NCBI GenBank assembly: GCA_963932905.1
Contig: CAWVRN010000001.1
Coordinates: 96,001-160,000 of the forward strand
Reading direction: 5' to 3'
DNA: 64,000 bases
DNA from: an uncultured Bdellovibrio sp.
GTDB taxonomy: Bacteria > Bdellovibrionota > Bdellovibrionia > Bdellovibrionales > Bdellovibrionaceae
Each line of letters opens with the position of its first letter. Within the stretch, counting starts at the first letter, position 1. The notes below the pieces were generated by a model that had not been told where the DNA came from, ran no database searches, and saw only the letters and a program-made list of their open reading frames with translations. Both the position numbers and the translations under genes were made by a program. Below, piece after piece: positions 1-8,899 of this stretch.

Positions 1-1
1 C

Positions 2-502
2 GCTCGCTTTCAACCCAAATCGAAAGTCTATGATTTCTATTCGGGAGATGGGAATTTCCTGTCAGCAATATCTAAAAAATTGCCAAAAAATGAAGTCATC
101 GGTGTCGAGTTAAATCCCGGCTTGGTGCGCCTAGGACGTAAGGAAATTGCCGATCAAAAATTAAATGCTCATTATGTTCAATCGACCGTGGAAAACTACT
201 TAGAAACTGTGTCAATCAGCGCTGGGGATACTATTCTTTTAGACCCACCACGTACAGGCTGCGATCCAAAAGCGATGTATGTCATTGGATCTGCTGTCAG
301 AAACAAAGTCGTTTATGTCAGCTGCGAGCCGACAACCCTAGCCAGAGATCTACGTTTGCTTAAAGAAACCGGCCGAAAATGGGGCCTCTCTTTTCGTCTA
401 GAAACAGTCCAAACTCTGGATATGTTCCCTCAGACCGAACATGTTGAAACTGTGGTGGAATTCTCGATCGATAAGATTGACACCCTTTCGACAACCCACT
501 AA
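2..502 (+). CDS. 23S rRNA (uracil-C5)-methyltransferase, RlmD/TrmA family (5'-truncated by window edge)
   Basis: Frame is open from base 2 (ARFQPKSKVYDFYSGDGNF, SAM motif I); contains LDPPRTG, YVSCEPTTLARDL and DMFPQTEHVETV, all typical of RlmD/TrmA. Confidence 0.88.
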   Translation, partial: ARFQPKSKVYDFYSGDGNFLSAISKKLPKNEVIGVELNPGLVRLGRKEIADQKLNAHYVQSTVENYLETVSISAGDTILLDPPRTGCDPKAMYVIGSAVRNKVVYVSCEPTTLARDLRLLKETGRKWGLSFRLETVQTLDMFPQTEHVETVVEFSIDKIDTLSTTH

Positions 503-505
503 CTT
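477..505 (+). promoter_or_regulatory. sigma70-type promoter (TTGACA-N17-TAACTT), probably giving a leaderless mRNA
   Basis: Perfect -35 at 477-482, -10 at 500-505, ATG at 513 exactly 7 nt after the -10. Confidence 0.6.
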
Positions 506-512
506 TAAATGG

Positions 513-1268
513 ATGCTATTAAAGTGTACATGGCCCATTCTTATGGTGATTTTTTTCCTTGGTGGTTGCGTTTCTATGCGTGCGAACCAGGAAAAAGCTG
601 TACTTTTACAAGCTAACGGACAGTCACTTTACGAAAATCAAAATTATTCATTAGCACTAAAGGAATTTCTAGCTGCCGAAAGCAACGATCCCGAAAATGC
701 TTCGATTCAAAATAACTTGGGATTGACGTACTTCATGAAAGAACGCTACCAAACTTCGATCAAGCATTTTGAAAAAGCAGTTCAATTAGATCCAAAGTTC
801 ACAGACGCCAGAAATAACTTAGGCCGAACCTACACAGAAGTAGGTCGTTATCATGATGCTGAAAAAGCTCTAACGATTGTATTGAACGATCTAACTTATC
901 CGGCGCAAGAGCGTGCATACATCAACATGGGTTTGAATTATTTCAATCAAAAGAAATTTGCTCAAGCGAAAAATAATTTTGCAAAAGCCATTGATGTGCA
1001 ACCAGATAATTGTTTTGCACACACTTATTACGGTCGATCATTTTTTGAATTACAAAACTACAGCGCCTCTATCGAAGCATTAGATAAAGCCATCGAGTTC
1101 TGCCAAAAACTTCTTATCGATGAGCCTCATTATTATAGTGCACTTTCGTACTATCGCTTAGGCGAAAAACAAAAATCAATAACTCGCTTTGAAGAAGTTA
1201 TTAAGCTCTACCCTAATGGAAAATACGCCGATAAATCCAAGGGTATGTTAAATATTATAAAAAGGTAA
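513..1268 (+). CDS. tgl: TPR lipoprotein, Tgl/PilF/PilW-type type IV pilus secretin pilotin
   Basis: Start moved to ATG 513; lipobox FFLGGC; tandem TPRs (NNLGLTY, ARNNLGRTY); LTYPAQERAYINMG motif; lies upstream of rodZ as pilF/pilW usually does. Confidence 0.75.
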   Translation: MLLKCTWPILMVIFFLGGCVSMRANQEKAVLLQANGQSLYENQNYSLALKEFLAAESNDPENASIQNNLGLTYFMKERYQTSIKHFEKAVQLDPKFTDARNNLGRTYTEVGRYHDAEKALTIVLNDLTYPAQERAYINMGLNYFNQKKFAQAKNNFAKAIDVQPDNCFAHTYYGRSFFELQNYSASIEALDKAIEFCQKLLIDEPHYYSALSYYRLGEKQKSITRFEEVIKLYPNGKYADKSKGMLNIIKR

Positions 1269-1273
1269 TCTCG

Positions 1274-2518
1274 ATGAAGAAGACTGGGGAATTTTTAAGA
1301 AAAGCACGGGAAGATAAAGGTCTATCCATTCATGAAATTGGACTGTCTTTAAAAATTAATCCAAAAATCCTCAAGCAAATAGAAGAAGGTGACAAAGATA
1401 ATTTGCCAGCCAAAACCTTCCTTCGTGGATTCGTTCAGTCTTACGCTTTATTTTTAAAAGTTGATCCCAATGAAGTGCTAAGAATTTTTTCTGACGAAAT
1501 GGGAACTACGAAGCCGAACCAAATCAGTTTGACATCAGGCCCACAAATTCGTGGTGCTGGTCTTGAAATTGAAGATCCTGAAAACAAAGACGATTTAGGC
1601 ATCAAACGTCACACTGGACAAAACTTCACTAAAGAAAAATTTGAATTTAAAAATATCGGTATTGGCATCGTTGTTTTTGTTCTGTTGTTAAGTTTAATTG
1701 CGGTTAGAAAAGTTGTTGAGAAATATCAGAAAGAAGCCGAAGTCGATGTGGCTAAGACAGAAGAAAACTTAAAAACAAACAATAAAATTGAATTACCTCA
1801 GCCGCCGCCTCCGGTGACTCTTCCTCCGACAACGGAAGTTAAGCCAAATACCGCCGACACAACTCTTCCTGCCGATGTAAAAGCACCACAGCCTACGTTA
1901 CCAACAACTCCTGCTAACACCACGGCAACAACAGCAACGACGGCTCCCACAAAACCAACTAGCAATCCACCACCGCAAACACCAAATGCAGTTTCAACAA
2001 ACCCAACAGATCCAACCGGCCCTAATACAGCCAGCCCAAGTCACAACTCCGGCATTCAAAATAAGCCGACTCAAATAGCTCCGCCGCCGACGACAACTAC
2101 AACAGCAGTGCCACCGGCAGCTAAGCCGCCTGTGACTGCACCGGTTGCTACAAACACAAACAAACCAGTTGTGACTACAACTCCAACGGCTGCCGCGACC
2201 ACGACACCTCCTGCAGCAACGGCAGCGACGAAACCAGCTACTGCTGACCCTACAGCTGCCGCGACACCCCCGCCGCCGCCAAAACCAAAAAATATCGAGT
2301 TAGTTATCGAGGCATTTGAAACTGTTGAAATCGAAATGACTCAATCGACTGGCAAAGTTGAACGAATTAAAATGTCCCCAAGCCAAATCCAAACATTCAA
2401 AACAGTTTCTGGTGTGAAATTGAATATCAGTAATGGTGGTGCCGTAAATCTAATGGTAAATGGCAAAGATTTAGGTGTACCTGGCGATTTAGGGAAACCG
2501 AAACGAGTCTCGTTTTAG
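1274..2518 (+). CDS. rodZ: RodZ-like cytoskeleton protein (XRE HTH + TM helix + long Pro/Thr linker + DUF4115-type C-terminal domain)
   Basis: GEFLRKAREDKGLS...LPAKTFLRGFVQSYA HTH; single TM helix; C-terminal ISNGGAVNLMVNGKDLG. Confidence 0.85.
   Translation: MKKTGEFLRKAREDKGLSIHEIGLSLKINPKILKQIEEGDKDNLPAKTFLRGFVQSYALFLKVDPNEVLRIFSDEMGTTKPNQISLTSGPQIRGAGLEIEDPENKDDLGIKRHTGQNFTKEKFEFKNIGIGIVVFVLLLSLIAVRKVVEKYQKEAEVDVAKTEENLKTNNKIELPQPPPPVTLPPTTEVKPNTADTTLPADVKAPQPTLPTTPANTTATTATTAPTKPTSNPPPQTPNAVSTNPTDPTGPNTASPSHNSGIQNKPTQIAPPPTTTTTAVPPAAKPPVTAPVATNTNKPVVTTTPTAAATTTPPAATAATKPATADPTAAATPPPPPKPKNIELVIEAFETVEIEMTQSTGKVERIKMSPSQIQTFKTVSGVKLNISNGGAVNLMVNGKDLGVPGDLGKPKRVSF
1790..2290 (+). repeat. 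Low-complexity Pro/Thr/Ala-rich coding segment within rodZ
   Basis: About 165 codons such as PPPPVTLPPTT, PPPTTTTTAVPP, TPTAAATTTPPAATAATKP. Confidence 0.85.
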
Positions 2519-3831
2519 TGAGTTTTTTCTATCAGATTTTTTGGCTTTCTTTACTAGTAAAATTAGTAATAGCCTATTTTCTACCGCTATTACCCGATGA
2601 AGCCTACTACTGGCTTTGGTCAAATCATTTACAATTAAGTTACTACGATCATCCCCCAATGATAGCGTGGCTTTTTCGACTAGGGCATTTTCTAGAACCT
2701 TACGGACACGCCATTAGATATCCTTCAGTTATTTTGTTTCATTTCTCGTTAATCATTTGGAAAGAAATATTTAACGAACTAAAAATCCCTACGGATTCTC
2801 TTAACAAATTTCTATTATTTATATTGCTAGTGCCCTATCTTGGATTCGGGTCCATTATTCTTACCCCAGATTTGCCTCTGATGTTTTTTTGGCCGCTCAG
2901 TTTATATTTTTTCATTCGTTTAACCCAAGAAACCAAATGGTCGAATTACGCGTGGCTTGGAATGAGCTTAGGACTTGGCTTCCTGTCTAAGTATCATATT
3001 GTTTTATTTTTATTATGCGCCGTAATCTATTTAAGCTGTGAAAAAAAGTGGAACGTGCTTCGCTGGAAATACATTGGCTTTACGTTTATATTCGGATTGC
3101 TCTTCTCCCTGCCTGTTATTATTTGGAACGTGAACAATAATTTTCAGTCGTTCGCTTTTCAGCTACAGCACGGGTTAAAATCTGATCGCTGGAAATGGGT
3201 ATGGCCGTTGGAATATGTAGTCGGCCAGTTTTTTATGTTGATTCCACCGCTAACTTTTTATTTTTTCAAAAACCGAAGGGTAGAAAACCTAAAACCGCTG
3301 TATTATTTCACAATTGGAGTACTTGGTTTTTTCCTACTGACAAGTTTTAGATCGTCCGTAGAGATGAATTGGACATTGATGGCGTTTCCAACTTTTTTTG
3401 CTTTGGTCGCATCCGTAAATATACCTAAGCGAACGTTTACAATCATCACGGTAATTTTAGCGACATTAAATATTGCCCTGATCGGATCTATGTTCTCTGG
3501 TTACTACGCTCACGGAAAAATTTTTGAACCGTTTTTCTTTGAAAGCCAAAAAGAAAAAGTAGAAAAATTTAAACCGCTCTACGGCATCAATTATCAGATC
3601 TCTTCGTCACTATGGTATTTTTCAAAAACTCCTGTTTATAAAATTGAAGACGCCAGTCGTTTTGATTTTTTTGATACATTGAGAACAGATCACCCTGTCG
3701 AAAAAACTATTTACGTATTTAAAGAAAAGACAAACGAATATCCGGATTGGGTCTACAAGTTAAAACCAAAAATGGAAATTGTAGATCAGATGGATCGCGG
3801 TTATGTTATTGAGAAGCTGGAGTTTGAATGA
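2518..3831 (+). CDS. GT-C fold glycosyltransferase (ArnT/PMT_2, GT39/GT83-like), polytopic membrane protein
   Basis: PDEAYYWLWS...YYDHPPM, ILTPDLPL and GLGFLSKY motifs; multiple TM helices; GTG start overlaps the rodZ TAG. Confidence 0.85.
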   Translation: MSFFYQIFWLSLLVKLVIAYFLPLLPDEAYYWLWSNHLQLSYYDHPPMIAWLFRLGHFLEPYGHAIRYPSVILFHFSLIIWKEIFNELKIPTDSLNKFLLFILLVPYLGFGSIILTPDLPLMFFWPLSLYFFIRLTQETKWSNYAWLGMSLGLGFLSKYHIVLFLLCAVIYLSCEKKWNVLRWKYIGFTFIFGLLFSLPVIIWNVNNNFQSFAFQLQHGLKSDRWKWVWPLEYVVGQFFMLIPPLTFYFFKNRRVENLKPLYYFTIGVLGFFLLTSFRSSVEMNWTLMAFPTFFALVASVNIPKRTFTIITVILATLNIALIGSMFSGYYAHGKIFEPFFFESQKEKVEKFKPLYGINYQISSSLWYFSKTPVYKIEDASRFDFFDTLRTDHPVEKTIYVFKEKTNEYPDWVYKLKPKMEIVDQMDRGYVIEKLEFE

Positions 3832-5030
3832 AGGTTTTTGGCTTCCTAACATTCTTAATAATGACCTATTTCGTTTACGGGTTCTATATTTCTCAAAACG
3901 ATTTGAAAATTGTAAATCCGACACTTAAGAAAATCGCAGAATCTAGTTATTATGATTACAAAGGCGTGCTTAACGTCCATTCTGATTTAAGTATCGGTTC
4001 AAGCCCCATCAATCAAATTATCAAATCGGCTAAAAATGCTAAACTGGATTTCATGATCTTGACCGATCTGAATGAATTCTCGGAAAAAAATCTTGTTGAA
4101 GGCTATTTCGATGAAACACTCATTATGAGTGGTAGCAAGATTAGTTATTTAGATTCACGATTCATGGTCGTTCCCTTTCAAAAGCAAACATTAGGTCGTA
4201 ATTTGGGTGAAGCCCAGGTTAAGCTGGCAGATTTACTATCTCAGGAAACTAGTAATGATTTTCTAATCATCCTTGCCCACCCATTTAAATCCGGATTCTC
4301 TTGGTCAGGTCCCCTGCCGCAGGGTCTTGATGGGATTGAGCTGATCAATTTAAAAAGTTTGTCTCAACGTGCATTTGATCTTTCGAAGTTGTCGCCCCTA
4401 TGGAGTCTGTTTGTTTATCCCTTCAATGCAACGTTGTCTTTCGTTCGTTTATTCAACGAGCCTTCTGAAGAATTGACTTTGCTTGATAGTTCACACGAAT
4501 ACGGCAAGTACTATGGATTTTCCGGCGCCGAAGCTTCGGCCCGCGCGATTCCCATAGCTAATTTTTTGATTAAGTTTCCGTCGTATCAAAAAACGTTCGA
4601 AATGTTTTCCAATCATGTTCTTTTAAAGTCGGAACTGACGGGAAATGTAAAAAGCGACAAAACGAAAATTCTGTCGGCTCTAAAGGCTGGAAATTTTTAT
4701 TTGGCATTTGATATGCTTGGCGATCCAAAGGGATTTTCTTGTGTTCTAGAAGACCGGTCAAAATCTTTCCTGATCGGTTCGAAAGTCAAATTAACTAAAA
4801 ATATGAAGATGAAAATTCGACTACCGCAAACACCAAACTATTTTTTCGAAACGGTGGTGTATCGCAACGGAAGTCGATTTAAAACGGTGAATGAAAGCGA
4901 AGCTGAAATCGAAATAAATCAACCTGGTGTTTACCGAGTTCAGGTCCGCGTGAGCCCCTATTTCCCGTTGCCAGACGCCACTAAATGGATTACTTGGATT
5001 TATACGAATCCATTCTATGTTCAGAACTAA
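3828..5030 (+). CDS. Membrane-anchored PHP-like metallo-hydrolase domain protein
   Basis: N-terminal TM helix; degenerate PHP motifs (NVHSDLS, ILTDLN, LAHPF, GIELIN); C-terminal beta domain ending WIYTNPFYV. Confidence 0.6.
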   Translation: MKVFGFLTFLIMTYFVYGFYISQNDLKIVNPTLKKIAESSYYDYKGVLNVHSDLSIGSSPINQIIKSAKNAKLDFMILTDLNEFSEKNLVEGYFDETLIMSGSKISYLDSRFMVVPFQKQTLGRNLGEAQVKLADLLSQETSNDFLIILAHPFKSGFSWSGPLPQGLDGIELINLKSLSQRAFDLSKLSPLWSLFVYPFNATLSFVRLFNEPSEELTLLDSSHEYGKYYGFSGAEASARAIPIANFLIKFPSYQKTFEMFSNHVLLKSELTGNVKSDKTKILSALKAGNFYLAFDMLGDPKGFSCVLEDRSKSFLIGSKVKLTKNMKMKIRLPQTPNYFFETVVYRNGSRFKTVNESEAEIEINQPGVYRVQVRVSPYFPLPDATKWITWIYTNPFYVQN

Positions 5031-5044
5031 AACGGGAGCTTGTA

Positions 5045-5662
5045 ATGAAATTTATCGCATTTGACTTAGAAACTACTGGCACAGTACCCGGCGCTGATTC
5101 TATCGTTGAAATCGGGGCCGTTCGTTTTGATAATTTTCAAGTAGAAGCCATCTATTCTACATTAGTGAACCCCAAAAAACCGATTCCGGCAGCAGCATCT
5201 CGCGTAAATGGTATTTCGGATGCTATGGTTGCTAACAGCCCACTTATTGAAGATTTACTGCCATCATTCGCCGAGTTCTGCGAAGATCTGCCAATGGTTG
5301 CCCACAATGCATCTTTCGACGCTCAGTTCTTAACAAGCGATATTAAGAAATTTGAAACAACTGCCCCACGAGGCGTAATTCTTGATACTCTTCCGATCGC
5401 CAGAAAAATTCTTCCTGGTTTAGCCAACTACAAATTGGGAACGTTAGTGCAACATTTGAAAATCCCAAGCTCAGAATTCCACAGAGCCGAAGCCGATGCT
5501 ACGTATTGCGGTAAATTATTTATCGAATTGTTAAGCAGAATCACTTCAGGTGGACAAGCTCCACGCGTTGAAAATTTAGTAGCCTTAACAGGACGACCAG
5601 AAGCTCGCTTCCCGCAGATCATTCGCCAACCAAAACAACTGGACTGGTTAGCTGATCTTTAG
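5045..5662 (+). CDS. DEDDh 3'-5' exonuclease (DNA Pol III epsilon-like)
   Basis: FDLETTG (ExoI), AHNASFD (ExoII), HRAEADA (ExoIII); GGGAG SD before ATG 5045. Confidence 0.9.
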   Translation: MKFIAFDLETTGTVPGADSIVEIGAVRFDNFQVEAIYSTLVNPKKPIPAAASRVNGISDAMVANSPLIEDLLPSFAEFCEDLPMVAHNASFDAQFLTSDIKKFETTAPRGVILDTLPIARKILPGLANYKLGTLVQHLKIPSSEFHRAEADATYCGKLFIELLSRITSGGQAPRVENLVALTGRPEARFPQIIRQPKQLDWLADL

Positions 5663-5685
5663 AAAATAAAACATTCTGATTGTCT

Positions 5686-5713
5686 TAGCCGTGGATATTT
5701 AAAACTGCGGCTA
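5686..5713. terminator. Hairpin between convergent genes
   Basis: TAGCCGTGG...CTGCGGCTA stem with G-U pairs. Confidence 0.45.
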
Positions 5714-5726
5714 TCAATTAAGTTCG

Positions 5727-6134
5727 TTAGATTGTAACGTGAGAATCGATCGCTAACTTTTTACGACCAGAGAATCCTTCATTGTATCCATGAAAGAACG
5801 TGATTTGGCTTTCTGGGTATTTCCAACAGAAATAACCGCCACCGTTATCGAAATCACATAACCATAAGCCTTTTGGACGAAGACCTAATTTTTCAATTTT
5901 AGTCTGCCAAAGTTCGATGTATTTGTTTACTTGTTCTTCCAGTTCTTGGGCCTTCTGATTTTTTTTGTCAGGAAAAGCTTCCAATTGATTGATCAACTTT
6001 TTTACTTGGCGACTTGATTCCTCCGTCAGTTTAATAACCAGCGGAAGAAGCTCATTTGCCTCTTCTAAAGTGAACAATTTTTTCTTGTTGATTGCGAAAA
6101 CTGTAGACACAAAATTCTTATGTCCGAGTACCAT
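5727..6134 (-). CDS. DUF2203-family protein
   Basis: FTLEEANELLP N-terminus and KGLWLCDF...YFCWKYPE...FFHGYNEGFSGRK C-terminus; true start may be slightly downstream. Confidence 0.8.
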   Translation of the reverse strand: MVLGHKNFVSTVFAINKKKLFTLEEANELLPLVIKLTEESSRQVKKLINQLEAFPDKKNQKAQELEEQVNKYIELWQTKIEKLGLRPKGLWLCDFDNGGGYFCWKYPESQITFFHGYNEGFSGRKKLAIDSHVTI

Positions 6135-6224
6135 TTTTGTTTCAAGGAAATAAGTAGAGTAAATTCTTAATTTGTAGATTTTTTAAAGTGGACACTCAGC
6201 GTTGCCCTGAAAATAAGCATGGAA

Positions 6225-7139
6225 TTACTCCATGGTTTTGGACATCTCAAAGGCTTGACCACCGCCCAAGATAAGGATCAGCAGCAGAACAACCGCTATC
6301 AAAACATACTTAAAAAAGTTTCCTAACGTAAACGATTCCTCGTCTTGAGCGAGAACTTTTTTCCTCGCTTCAGGAGGCGGTTTTACAATCGATTTTCTTC
6401 CAGGAACTGAAAATTCTTCACTGCTTTTGGGAACTGACCTTGGGGAAGATTGTATTTTTCTCTCAATCTTTTTCTTTTCATCTTCAGTCATACCTGTAAC
6501 GTATATTCCACGCCCATTTTTACTTGATAATTGCGTTGTTTTTTGCCGAACTTTGAAAAAACGATCGTCTTTACTATTCAGATTACTCACGTATCGTGTT
6601 CCGCCGCCACCAGCATCATCATTGGCGCCACCGGAGCCACCATCAGACGATCTCTTTAAAAACGAGCTTTTGCCAAAAGCGCCGCGACGACTGCGTGAAC
6701 CCGCATAGCTGTTGCCACCGCCGCCGCCATTGACAGAACTGCCATCACCAGAAGCGCCGTCTGGATTACTGCCATTAGCTGACGTATTACCGTTGCTATT
6801 TGTTCCATTGCCGTTGCTACCGTTATTTCCATTTCCACCGTTTGACCCAAGTGTACCATTACCCGCGGTGGCCTTGCCGCCAGTGAGTGAAAAACTACAT
6901 TTTGATTCCGTATCTTTCATTGTGTTTTCAACTCTGATGGCCGGCAGCTCACCGGATGTCAGTAAACATGCGACGTAGGTGCCCATAAAGTTTTGCAAGA
7001 AATTCTGCATTGGTTTAAAAAGATTTGCCATCGCTAACAAAATCATTGTTACCGTAATAAATAGCAGCAAGAGGTATTCAACCATACCTTGCCCTTTTTG
7101 ATTTAATCGTGATGAGTACTGAATTTTGGACTCGACCAT
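6225..7139 (-). CDS. Membrane protein with Flp/TadE-type class III signal peptide, Gly/Asn-rich linker and C-terminal TM helix
   Basis: NQKG-QGMVEYLLLL prepilin motif; GNGGNGNNGSNGNG low-complexity tract; C-terminal hydrophobic helix. Confidence 0.7.
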   Translation of the reverse strand: MVESKIQYSSRLNQKGQGMVEYLLLLFITVTMILLAMANLFKPMQNFLQNFMGTYVACLLTSGELPAIRVENTMKDTESKCSFSLTGGKATAGNGTLGSNGGNGNNGSNGNGTNSNGNTSANGSNPDGASGDGSSVNGGGGGNSYAGSRSRRGAFGKSSFLKRSSDGGSGGANDDAGGGGTRYVSNLNSKDDRFFKVRQKTTQLSSKNGRGIYVTGMTEDEKKKIERKIQSSPRSVPKSSEEFSVPGRKSIVKPPPEARKKVLAQDEESFTLGNFFKYVLIAVVLLLILILGGGQAFEMSKTME

Positions 7140-7166
7140 GACCTGCTTTCTTGTATAATAATACCA

Positions 7167-8363
7167 ATGCCTCTACTAAATTACGATTCTCAAAGATCCA
7201 ACACCTGTCTAAAGATTGTTCTATCGGTAATCTTTGTCTCTATTTCGGCATTTTCAGAAGAAGAGCTAGTCCTGGACGAAATAGAAGATGCAAAAATCGA
7301 AAGTCCAGCGACTCAAAACAAGACAAAGCCCATAGAAAAACCAGCAACGAAACTACTTCAACCCTCCGCGCCTCAGCCAGCCGCGTCTCAGCTTGAGACA
7401 ACGGCTGCAAAGCCGGCACCCAAGCCAAGTACAGCTCCTATAGCAGCGCCAGTAAAAGAAAGTTATGCTACTCAGGCCACTAAATTAATTTTAGAAAAAA
7501 AGTATCAACAGGCAACTGAGATACTATGGAAAAACATCGAACACCTTACAGAAACCGAAATGATTCTTTTAACGAAGGCCCATTATCTTAATAAAGATTA
7601 TTTCGAAACAATGAAGGCTGCCAATCTAGCTTTGGCAAAAAACGAGCAAAATTTTGAAGCCCTTACCTATTTGGGCCTGGCCCAACTAAGAAGACGTAAA
7701 GATCGCGAAGCTAAAGAGTATTTCCGCCGAGCCAATGAAGCCAATCCTACTTACTTGCCCGCAATTAATGGCCTAGTGGAAATCTACGAGAAAAGTAACA
7801 ACTACTACGAGTTACGTTTAGTTTACTTGGACTTGATTAAACACACGGGTGAAAAACCAGAATTTCTAACTAAACTTTGCGATATCAACACAAAAGACGG
7901 GATCACGGAACAAGCACAAACTTACTGCCGTAAAGCCATTCAAGCCTCTCCGGACGTTCCAGAAAACTATTCAAACTTAGGGATCGTATATAAAAATATT
8001 CATGACCTTCCTAAGGCAAAACAACAATTGCAAATCGCGGCAGACAAATTTCCTAAATCGGACATAAATCAACTCAAATATGCTCAATTTTTGGAAGAAC
8101 AGAAAAATTATATAGAGGCATTCAAGTACTACGGTCGCTGTGTAAAGATTAACGAGTTTGTTGAAAACTGCTGGGTTGGCTATACGTCTTCAAGTTACCA
8201 AATCCAAAAATTTTCCGAAACTCTGGTAGGCCTAAAAAAAGCCTGTAACTTTAATAAAAAGCACTCGTTTTTAGGCCGCAAAGCTTCTTCTTTTGCGCGA
8301 TCTTCTAAGCAAGAAGACTGGGCAAAGAAGATTGATACTTTAGCCGAAATCTGCGGAAATTAG
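7167..8363 (+). CDS. Secreted TPR-repeat protein
   Basis: Signal-peptide-like N-terminus, Pro/Ala linker, multiple TPRs (EALTYLGLAQL, ENYSNLGIVY). TATAAT at 7154-7159 lies 7 nt before the ATG. Confidence 0.8.
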   Translation: MPLLNYDSQRSNTCLKIVLSVIFVSISAFSEEELVLDEIEDAKIESPATQNKTKPIEKPATKLLQPSAPQPAASQLETTAAKPAPKPSTAPIAAPVKESYATQATKLILEKKYQQATEILWKNIEHLTETEMILLTKAHYLNKDYFETMKAANLALAKNEQNFEALTYLGLAQLRRRKDREAKEYFRRANEANPTYLPAINGLVEIYEKSNNYYELRLVYLDLIKHTGEKPEFLTKLCDINTKDGITEQAQTYCRKAIQASPDVPENYSNLGIVYKNIHDLPKAKQQLQIAADKFPKSDINQLKYAQFLEEQKNYIEAFKYYGRCVKINEFVENCWVGYTSSSYQIQKFSETLVGLKKACNFNKKHSFLGRKASSFARSSKQEDWAKKIDTLAEICGN

Positions 8364-8899
8364 TTATTTTCTGAATGATGAAAAAGTTCTTTAATGCCGG
8401 GAGTGATCGACCTGATCACTTCGAATTCAAAACCAATCTTACCTTGGGCCTTCCTGTTCTCTAAAATGACCTGCAGTTGATCCGAATGAGCGTCGGCACC
8501 TGTTAGCAGCAATAAAACTTTCGGCTCGCTATAGCGTAATAGACGCAAATCTACGATAGGGTATTGTTCTAGGTCGATCGTTTGCAAAAATTCGAATACA
8601 TCACCGATAAACGAGGTCTCGACAGAAAGCATAAAATCAGCAACCTTGTTTGAACTTAGGCTCAAATAGCTTTCAACGACTTGTTTTTTTAAACCTGGAA
8701 GCCATGTTTTTTTATGGCCCGGTTTTATTTTTAAATCAGCCACCAGTTTTTCGCCGCCGTTTTCGAAATGCACTAGGACTTGTGACCATTTGCCAATAAC
8801 AGAACAATCTAGTAAATGCCCACCACCAGCCGCTAATTGATTAGCAACGTTAAGCGCCTCACCATAGCTCTCTGTCCATAAGACAAACAAATTTATCAC
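8360..8899 (-). CDS. Hypothetical protein; probable degenerate tandem BMC-domain (PduT-like BMC-T) protein
   Basis: Two ~85-aa repeats with BMC-like pattern; the second reads VETSFIGDV...IVDLRLLR...KVLLLLTG...EVIRSI. Start overlaps the rimO stop. Confidence 0.5.
   Translation of the reverse strand: MINLFVLWTESYGEALNVANQLAAGGGHLLDCSVIGKWSQVLVHFENGGEKLVADLKIKPGHKKTWLPGLKKQVVESYLSLSSNKVADFMLSVETSFIGDVFEFLQTIDLEQYPIVDLRLLRYSEPKVLLLLTGADAHSDQLQVILENRKAQGKIGFEFEVIRSITPGIKELFHHSENN

Noticed and set aside
1790..2290. Repetitive-looking DNA in rodZ as a tandem repeat or CRISPR array
   Set aside because: No fixed-length nucleotide repeat with spacers; explained by Pro/Thr/Ala codon bias.
6427..6978. 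Pro-rich + strand ORFs (6427-6708, 6712-6978)
   Set aside because: Antisense shadows of the Gly/Asn-rich codons of the 6225-7139 gene.
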